Assembly: GCF_009834535.1 (NCBI RefSeq)
Contig: NC_045710.1
Location: 54,870,001-54,934,000 of the forward strand
Source: Camelus ferus
Taxonomy: Eukaryota
Direction: 5' to 3'
Length of the DNA: 64,000 nucleotides
In this document: positions 48,081-57,300 of the stretch, one piece after another
Numbering within the stretch: position 1 is the first letter of the stretch
How the letters are laid out: every line of letters begins with the position of its first letter
The notes under the pieces: generated by a model
The model's database searches: none
Told to the model about the DNA's origin: nothing
What the model saw: the letters and a program-made list of their open reading frames with translations, nothing else
Translations under genes and position numbers: made by a program

Positions 48081-50877
48081 TGGGAACCATCCTTTTCAGA
48101 GAATCAGGAAATCGGCAAGAGGCAAGCAGAGAAATTCCTAGGACTGTGGTTGACAGAACTGGATGCCTTTGGCCTTGAAGTGGAGCACTGTATATATATA
48201 TATATTCCTCAGAAGATGTATATTACTGGGTTTGTGACCATTCTCCTCCAGGAATCAATCATTTGGGCAATCTCTGTGTGGCAGTGCCATCTGTGCTGAC
48301 CTCAAAAGGTAGGATGTACAGTAAGCAGACATACAGGTCTGCACGATGCTGCCTTTTTCACCTTCATTGATTCAGTCACTGATTCATTCGAGAAGGATAT
48401 ATTCAGCTTGATTAGAGACACATGAGTGCCTCCAATCTGTCTAACCAGAGGCCCACCGCTAGAGTGGGAAAAGGGAATGGCAAACTCCTAACATGCAGGC
48501 CAGCCACTCTTCGGATACTTTATTTACTTCACTGTCTCCCTAGGCTCTCTGGTCTCATCTGGGGGAATCTAGCCCATGATACCTCCGAAGTGTTTACCTG
48601 AGCGGCAGAGGACTCATGCTCCCTAGTAGCCTCAGCCCCTCCACTGCTGCCAAGAAAAGGTGCTTGGAGTTCTGTAAAGGCTTAGGGGAGGAGTCATCTT
48701 CTTCACCAAAAACAGCTGCTAAAGTGGTAGGACCCCCCCCCCCACCCCTTTTAGAAGGTGGCTGTTGGTAGGAAGGGGAAAGGGCTGGAGAAACTGGATG
48801 ATGGAGGTGGACAAGGTTGGAGGAGGATGTCACATATTATTAATGTTCACCCCTCCCTCCCCCATCATTCACCCCCTTCAAACTGAAGCTTCTGAGAACA
48901 CTGAGGGACTGCTGGCTTTGTGTGGGGAGAAACCCCACTGCCTTCTTTCTCTTCTCTTTCTTCCTGCCCAGATGCCCAAATATCATTCCTGGTTCCCTGG
49001 AGAGAAAAGACCCCTTACACTGCCCTAGGCGCCAGGCTGCCAGCCCATCTGCTGGGGAGAAAGGAGGGGCAGAGTTTTTCCTGGGAAATCCTGGAGAATG
49101 AACTGGAAGATCCGTGCTCCCAGGGAGACCTATCCACTAGCCTCAGAAGGCATTTCGGCTCACAAGGGTATCGGGCAGCCTGGACCACGGCACCAGAGTG
49201 GGTTGGGGTCGAGGGGCTAGGGCTGGCACAAGGGCGGGGGTCCTTTGGCTACCACGTGTCCGACGCAGGCCAAGCTGCTCCTCGGTGCCCACCCTTCAAG
49301 GGATGGTAGGAACATCCCCCTCCAGGCGCCCAGTCTCACCGGCTCGGAGGCGCCAGCCCCCCCAACCCCCCATCCCAGGGCCGGGGCGGGCCGGGGAAGG
49401 TAATGTAATTCCGACCCAGCTAACCCGATTATGGCGGCCTGCACCGGGCCGGGTGGCGGCAGGGGCGGGTCTAAGGCGCAGGGGCCCGGCCGGCCCGGGG
49501 TCCCATTCCGGGGAAGGATGCAGAGTTCACACACTCTTAGCTCCTGGGTCCGCAGCCAGAGGTCACAAGGTCACCGAGCGGCTTCGTCTTTCCCCACCTC
49601 CTTTCTCTGACACGCTCCAGGCACGGTTTCCTGGGCTTGGGTGGGGTGAAGCATCTATGCCAAATGAGGCGGTTGGGATCCTCTGAAGACTTCGGTGAGG
49701 TCCCACATGTCGCCTGTGGCGATTTCATCCTCCTGTCTTTGGAGGGGCCAGAGTGTGTGAGAATAGACTTCCTAGGCACAGGGGCAGAGTCTTGCGTTGG
49801 TCGTCCCCATTCGAGGGCTGAACGCCAGCCCCAAGTCCTCACCGACATGAGTTGACCCAGGTTCAGCCACTGGTCCTTTTTACACCGATTTCAGAAAATC
49901 AAAATTCTAAGAAACACTGGGCACCCATTACTGACGCTCCCGTAAGGAGCTAGGGGCGCTACGGGAGAGGCCAGGATGTGCACCATGGTCACTGGCTCAG
50001 AGTAGTTGTTCCCCGCCCTAGCCCACCAGACGCCCTGCCACCGCCTTCCCACACTTGTCCTCTTCCCGGGCCTCCAACTCGCCGGTGCCGTTCCCTAGCC
50101 GCTTTCCATCGCAGCCAGAAAGTCACAACGAGATTTAGTCTCCAAGAGCGTTTAGGCGGGGGCCACAACGAATCTGAGAGTCGTCAGGCAGGACCCATCG
50201 GGAGGCGAAGAGTGGGGGCTGTGGGACGAGGCACCTGCAGAAGTCGGTGAGGCCGAGGAAACCCAAAGACAGAGGCCAGCGAGGATGGAGTTGCCTTGCG
50301 CATCTCGGCTGACTCAGCGCTCAATGGCCCAAGCTCGGGCCCCTCCCGTGCATAGCCTGGTTCAAAACACCATCGCCACCCCCCCCCCCCAACACTCCCA
50401 CCGTTCCCGCGGGCCAGTCTTCCCAGCGCTGGGCGCAAACAGGCGTCTCTTCCCCTTTAACGGGACCGGCCCCGCCCCTGCCCTACCCCCAGCCCCGACT
50501 GCCCACCCAAGGCTGATCTGTCAGTCACAGCCCCAGCCGGAGCCGGCTAACCCTCTCCACCTCGGACTCGGGCAGAGGCCCCGGCAGCCCAGCATCCACC
50601 TGCACTTCAAAGCTAGGAAGGGCGCTCCTGGGGCCCCGGTCAGTCGCGCTCCCCCGGGATGCGAGTTCCTGAGCCGACGCCCGGCAGAGGCCGGCACGGG
50701 CGCGGTAACTCCCAGCACACAGGGATGAAGATGTCCTGGGGGCCCCGGCGCCTCTCCGCGGCCAGCCCCGCGGGCCCCTGAGGCCACCGCTCGGAGAGCT
50801 CCGCTGCTGGGCTCCAGAGCTGTTTGGGCGCAGTCCCCAACCGCCAAACCTCTTGCGGTCCTCCTTGACCTGGACCC

Positions 50878-52336
50878 ATGGAGCCGGCGGTGCTGGCATC
50901 GCACAACCTCCCGCACCACGAGCCAATCAGCTTCGGCATCGATCAGATCCTGAGCTGCCCGGAACCCCCCGGGAGCGGCCTAGGCCTGGGTCGCGCCGGC
51001 CAGGGCCATGGGGAGAGTGCGGCGTTCTCGGGTGGATTTCACGGAGCCTCAAGCTACGGCCCCGCGGGCTCGCTGGCTCCGCTACCAGGCAGCTCTGGTG
51101 TGGGCCCGGGAGGTGTGATCCGCGTCCCAGCGCACCGCCCGCTGCCAGTGCAGCCGCCCGCGGGAGGCGCGCCTGCGGTTCCTGGACCCTCGGGCTTGGG
51201 CGGCGCCGGGGGCCTAGCGGGACTCACCTTCCCTTGGATGGACAGCGGCCGCCGCTATGCCAAGGACCGGCTCACGGGTAAGGTTGCCCGATCCCTCCAG
51301 CATCCTGCCCACACTGACCTGGTTTCCTCATCTTTGATCCTTCTGCTCCAACTCAAGGTCCCCTTTCATACCCTCCGCTCCTCATCCCAGGGGATCTTCC
51401 CTCAACTTGTATCTCTTGGTCCCACTGCTGAGAGGCGCTGGGGAGGTAGCTGCCGTCGACACCCGCGCCCTCCTCTGCAGTCCGCTGTCCACACCGCCGG
51501 GAGGGCAGGGTGAAGTTACCGGGACGTCTCTCCCTCACCCAAGGTGGGGGGCGTTTCCGAGGCCCTTTCTCGTCTGGAAGCCTCTACTGATTAGGGGGGC
51601 CGAGCTTGGGGCAGGGGTAGGGACGCGGTGCGGGAACTCTGCGGCCTGCGCAGCCATGCTCTCGTCTCAGTGACACCTCGGGCCGCCCCGAAAACCCTGC
51701 CTTGCTCTTTATTCCTTCCTGTAGCCGCGCTTTCGCCCTTCTCCGGGACGCGCCGTATAGGTCACCCCTACCAAAACCGGACGCCCCCGAAGCGGAAGAA
51801 GCCGCGCACGTCCTTCTCCCGCTCGCAGGTGCTGGAGCTGGAGCGGCGCTTCCTGCGCCAGAAGTACCTGGCCTCGGCCGAGAGGGCGGCGCTGGCCAAG
51901 GCCCTGCGCATGACTGACGCGCAGGTCAAGACGTGGTTCCAGAACCGGCGCACCAAGTGGCGGTGAGGCGCGGGGTGGGCGAGGGACCGGGCCGGGCCAA
52001 GTGGCGGCGAGGCGAGGCGAGGCGAGGCGAGGCGAGGCGAGGCGAGGCGCGGGGCGGGGCGGGGCGGGGCGGGGCGGGCGAGGGCCGGCCTCGCTGACCC
52101 CGCGTCTCCGCCCGCCCAGGCGCCAGACGGCCGAGGAGCGCGAGGCGGAGCGGCACCGCGCGGGCCGGCTGCTTCTGCACCTGCAGCAGGACGCGCTACC
52201 GCGACCGCTGCGGCCGCCGCNNNNNNNNNNNNNNNNNNNNNNNNNNNNNNNNNNNNNNNNNNNNNNNNNNNNNNNNNNNNNNNNNNNNNNNNNNNNNNNN
52301 NNNNNNNNNNNNNNNNNNNNNNNNNNNNNNNNNNNN
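50878..52336 (+). CDS. TLX2: T-cell leukemia homeobox 2 (HOX11L1/NCX)
   Basis: Exons 50878-51277 (FGIDQIL eh1, FPWM hexapeptide), 51725-51962 ([20 protein letters not shown]...[10 protein letters not shown]), 52120-about 52336 ([19 protein letters not shown]...). The stop codon falls inside N-run 52221-52352; the end is inferred from the recalled human length. Confidence 0.95.
52006..52075 (+). repeat. Compound pentamer array (GGCGA)8 GGCGC (GGGGC)5 in TLX2 intron 2
   Basis: Read directly from the sequence. Confidence 0.95.
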
Positions 52337-54300
52337 NNNNNNNNNNNNNNNNCGGCCGAGCGCTCTTTTCCGGACCGAGGCGCGGCGTGGAGCGCCGGGC
52401 CCAGGGCCTTGGAGCGCACGGCCGCCCACGTGGCGGTCCCGCAGCAGTGGAGCGTGTGAGGAGGAGCTGGCCTTGAGGCTATCGTCGAGGGCTCCTCGGC
52501 CACCGCGGGCTCCCAGGCCAGCATTGAGCCGTTACCTGGAGCGCAGAAACGCGGCCTTTCCCGCCATTTTTCACTTCGACTGTTGGCCCGGCTGCTGGAA
52601 CCCGCTGAGGGGGCGGGACCTGCAGTACGGCAGCCAATGAGGTGCGGGGAGGTGGGGTAGGCTGGCCAATGGCTGCTTTCTAGAGGGACTCCGGCTCCTT
52701 CTGTGGGTGGGTCGGAGCTGGAGTTCGGAGGGCTGGAGCAGGTTACACGCACCGCTGGGATGGGGCGGCTGCAGCCCTCACGGGCTGGGTCTGCACCAGA
52801 TCGTGAAGGAAGGAAGACGCCAATGACAGCAGAGTAATGGAGGAGGTGCTGGAGACCGACAGTATGACTGACTGACAGAAACCAGAGGGTTATCCACGCT
52901 GGGCATCTCATCCATCAACTGTTAAATAATCGCTAAGGATTACTTCTGGACTTTGAGCCTCATGTTGTCCATGTGTGTTTAACCTGCTGACTATGTCGTC
53001 CCACTTGGGCCTAACAGTGCGCCTGGGTGGCAGGCAAGACGGATACTTACACACCCAATGAAGAGAAAATCTAGGAACACTAATCTGGCTCTGGTGTCCC
53101 TCGGAGACAGAGGGAAGGCGGGGCGGAAAGCAATGGACAAAGTTAATGGGCCCAGTGGTGTTAGGGTGAGCCGAATTCGGCAAGTAATTAGGAAGTGACA
53201 GGCCTAAAAATAATCAAAGATAATTACAAGGTTGGAAATGTAAAGGATCAAGAAATCAAAGATGTTGTGTATGATGAAGGGGAAATTGGGAAGATAGGAT
53301 CAAGATGAACTCTGCAGGCAAAACTAAATGTTAGACCTAGAGAGTAAATTCTGGAAAAATGCCGACATCCACATAGAGGCATAGTTAGATGGAATGATGA
53401 GAACAGACAGAATGTCTAAGGGAGGAAATTCTGAGAAAAAAAAAGCAGAGTTCTAAGGATTAAATGTTTCTTTCCACCAATTTCTATAAACACATTTACA
53501 ACATGCAAGATGATTGAGGATATCAAAGTTACTAGTCCAAGGGAAGAAAAGGGAAAGGAATAACCCAGCTGGAAAGAGAAAAGCATGATGTCCCTGGAGT
53601 TGTTAGAAAAACTTGAGCTGGTCGGTGGGCCAGGCGCTGCCGGGAAGCCTGTTGTTGGAAAGTTGAGAGGTTGGGTATAGTTGCCATAGCCCTGAGGTTT
53701 AGGAAGGAGAAGGACTGAAGTTGTATGAAGACAAGAGGGAAGATTTTGTCTGCTTCCCCTGGAGGCAAGAGCAGTATGATAGAGGGGAGTGAGCTTTAGG
53801 CAGGGTCAGAGGCCAACTGTAGTCAAACTACTCATGTTCCATGTTAATGACAGCTAGGTCAGTCATAGCACAAAGGCTTGACCAGAGATGGGAACCAGGC
53901 AAGAGGACATCCCTGTTGCAGTTGACCCTAAGTCTTTTGTACTGTGTCATCTCTAACTCATAGATATTATAAATGCTGCTGCAAAACCAAACTCAAGTTG
54001 GGCACCATAGAAAAAGAACTTTTATAGACCAAAAGGGAGCATAGGATGGGTTTGGCATAAGTTGGGGATATGGAGGCATATCAGTTCCTCTCAAATAAAT
54101 AGAAGAAGGCTAAGGACCCTGTACAGACTGTGGCTTACCCAATTCTCTCTACTCCTGGCCTACCATTTCTTGGGACTCAGGTTCCAGTATTTACATCTGA
54201 CCCTTAACTCTGGGCTTTTAAATCTGACTGGCTGCCTAGGTACTAGCCTAAGGGAGGATCTAATGTGATGAGATGAACTCAGCTTCACTCCGTAGACAGG

Positions 54301-57300
54301 TCACTGCAGGACACAGGCATCTCCAAGTTCTTGGGTGGAGGAAGATTCATGCCCTGTTGAAGAATCTGCCATTTCTTCCCTCAGCTGGTTCAGGAGGTCT
54401 CTGCTCTCACTAGGGGGCAAGTTACTCAGGAAGTATGGAGGGGCCAATTCCACCAGCCTGACAGAGAGAGTCATCATTAGATGATTTTTCTGTATCTTCT
54501 CTTATAATGCAGGTTGTTAAATTTCTCACTGCCCCTTCTACAAACCCTGTCTCCTCAAATCATATGTTACTACAAACAGTAAGATCCCTTTCTCTTTGTA
54601 AGGCTCTCTAACTCCCCAGCTGTAATTTTGACCCCAGGAAGAGGAATGGGCAGTGTTGTTTGGGGTGTGGTGTCAGGGAACTCACATTTGTGGTTGAATC
54701 TCAGAAACAATGGAGAGGCAGTTGTCTTTGGAAATGGAGAAATTATGGTAAAGCACCCATGGTGGCGGTCTGGCGGGAGCCCTGCGGCTTCTGTAGCAGC
54801 AGTTTGGGGAGAGCTGGGCCACATGCTTATGGGTCAGGAGCAGGTAATTTCCAGTCCCATCTGTGTCTCGGGCCACCTCATAGAAAGGCAAAGATATTGA
54901 AGGAATAAGTGAGAGTGAAGGGTCAGTAGAAGAAAGAAAAGGGGGTTGAGAAAGAATTAGCAAGGGTGATGAGAATTAGCAGACTGTCATAGCCCTACCT
55001 TACGGCCATACAGTATGGCATTTCCACAGCCACGCATTCCTCAAAGGAGAAGTTTCTCCTGGTTCTAAAGAATCCTTTGAATGGTCACCTGGACCCCAAT
55101 TTCAGACGTGACACATACCAATCTTTGCTCCCTCTACCTTCTGCTCCTTGTATGACCCTCACCCCAACTCCTTCCCCTAACCTTAAGGAAGCATCCCGAC
55201 ACCAGTGCTTTCTGGAGGTCTCTGCGATTCTGCTCAGAGCCAAAGGCTGGCTGGGATAAGGGAAGTTCAATCCGTTGCATGAGTTCTAGGAGTTCTCCCC
55301 GAAGTTTACGGGCTTGGCACAATGCTGCCCAATTTAGACCCCGAGCCTGGCACCAAGCCTTGTCTGCTCCACCTAGGAGAGGAAAGGGACCATCTGCACC
55401 TAAAGTCCTTGAATCCCCCAAGAGAACCCAACCCTTGGCTGAAGGGCCTTCTCTTCTTCAGAACAGAGATCTGTCAGCTGGTTGCACACCGCATCCCTCT
55501 GGCAAATCTGGGATTCTGTAAGAGGATGCTGAGTGGGCCACTCACTCTGTATAAAGGCTTCATACACCTGGATCAGAGAGCTGTGATCACCATCCACGTG
55601 TTCTAAGGCCCGACGCAGGGCAGCTTCTTCTGCGCAGACGGGAGGACGAGTAAACCCAGGGGCAGCTGGAGGCAGAAGAGAGGAAGTTTGTTTTGGAGAA
55701 TGAGAAAGGATAGCGGTATACTGAAAAGATAGGACTGTCACTTTGGGAACTTTATTCAAACGACTTCTAGACACTATGCCCTTCATTAGGCATTGAAGAT
55801 GAATCAGTGTAAAAGTCTCTGCTCTCAAGAAGCACAGAGTCTGGTGGGAGAGACCACCAAATAAGCAAACTTGATAAACTCAGTAGGTGTGGGGGCCAAT
55901 GTTTGAACTTTGAGTAGAAATCAGTGCAGTGGAAAAGGGGCGGGAGGAGTATTCTAGACTATGGGGATGGCATATTTTGAGAACTGCAAGCACCTAGGAT
56001 TATGAGTGGGGGGAACAGTGGGTGTGGTAGGGTGGCAGGAGGTAAAGCCGGAGAGGTAGGTATGGGCCAGGTTAAGAGAGACCGGATGTGATGTACAAAT
56101 GAGTTTACATTCTGCTTGAAAGGTAAAGAATAGCTGGTAAAGAAGAGTTTTTTAAGTAAGAGAGTCCACGTGTTTGGAAAAAGTTCACATGACTAGTTAG
56201 GCCACAAAGGGAATCCACCTGAGCCGTGATGGGGAGCATTGAAGCCCTGTGGACCATTCCGAGGAAACATCCCTCAGGAGTCAGGTGGGTAAGTCTAAGA
56301 TTCAGGAGGATGGTGGTGTGCCAGTTCAGACCGTGGGTGTGAACGAACTTGCTTAGAGTTCGGGGAGTGAGAAGATGAAAGGGGCAAGGATAGAATCCTG
56401 AAGTCCAACTTACAGTGAACGAGCAGAGGACAAAGCAGAGGAAGAGCAGCTCAAGCAAGATATGAGGGAACGGCCAGAGAGGTAGGATGTAAACCACGAG
56501 GGGCGGGTCACAGAAGCTAAGCGAGGGGGCAGTTTCAAGATGAGAGCGGTGGGCATTCTCAAGTGTCAAAAGAAAGTCACGAATAAGGGCTCACAAGCAT
56601 TCACTGGATTAGGTCTCTAGGAGGTCACTGGCGAGCAGAAGGCTGCGTCAGGGTTGTGGTGGGCCTGACGCTGGAATGCAGTGGGCCAGGAATACCCTGG
56701 ATTGAACAGGATAGAGAGTATTCTGTACAGCTGAGTACAGGGTTGAGGAAGAGGGCTGTAAAGTTTTAGTAATAACAAGTAGAAGATATTTAAGCATGTT
56801 AAGGGACAAGACCCAACAGAGAGACAGGAGAGGGCTAAATGATGAAGCCTCGTTCTTTACACAGGGTACAGCTGGAGCATGGGGGAATGGGCGAGCTTCA
56901 GGGGCACAAGAACACCAAACGGAAGGGCTGAAGTGGCCATAAGAGTCAGAGAGAGAAGTGATTTTACCAGTGAGCATGGCAGCCAGGGTGAGCATCTCGT
57001 CCACACAGTCGAATTCGCACGAGGCCAGCAGGGCTTTGGCAAGCTCAGGGGCCAGAGGGAACTCTGACAGGATGACTCCCAGGTCTGACAGGTCCCCATC
57101 ATCATCCAGTGCTGCCAGATAGTCTAAGTCTTCCAAGGCCTGCATCAGCGCCTCTGGAGCTGGGGATGGCACAAGGCTTACAGGGCAGGGGTTCTCAGAG
57201 CCTGGTGGTCGGACAGTAGGACTTGGGCAGGAGGACTGCTCACCAGGCCGGTCCAGGAAGTGACACTCCCCTGGCTCTGCAATCTGTCTCCTCTTGAGTA

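Noticed and set aside
52353-52459. ORF-track continuation of TLX2 beyond the gap (...AERSFPDRG...QQWSV)
   Set aside because: An artefact of translating through Ns; the true stop is expected at about 52334-52336 inside the gap.
52353-54100. Apparent lack of a TLX2 poly(A) signal, implying overlap with the DQX1 3'UTR
   Set aside because: ATTAAA is present at 53459-53464, and variant hexamers lie at about 53323 and 53343.
56105-56569. 154-aa ORF in a DQX1 intron and similar ORFs at 28255-28692 and 47591-48073
   Set aside because: They lie within decayed L2 sequence, with no coding signature.
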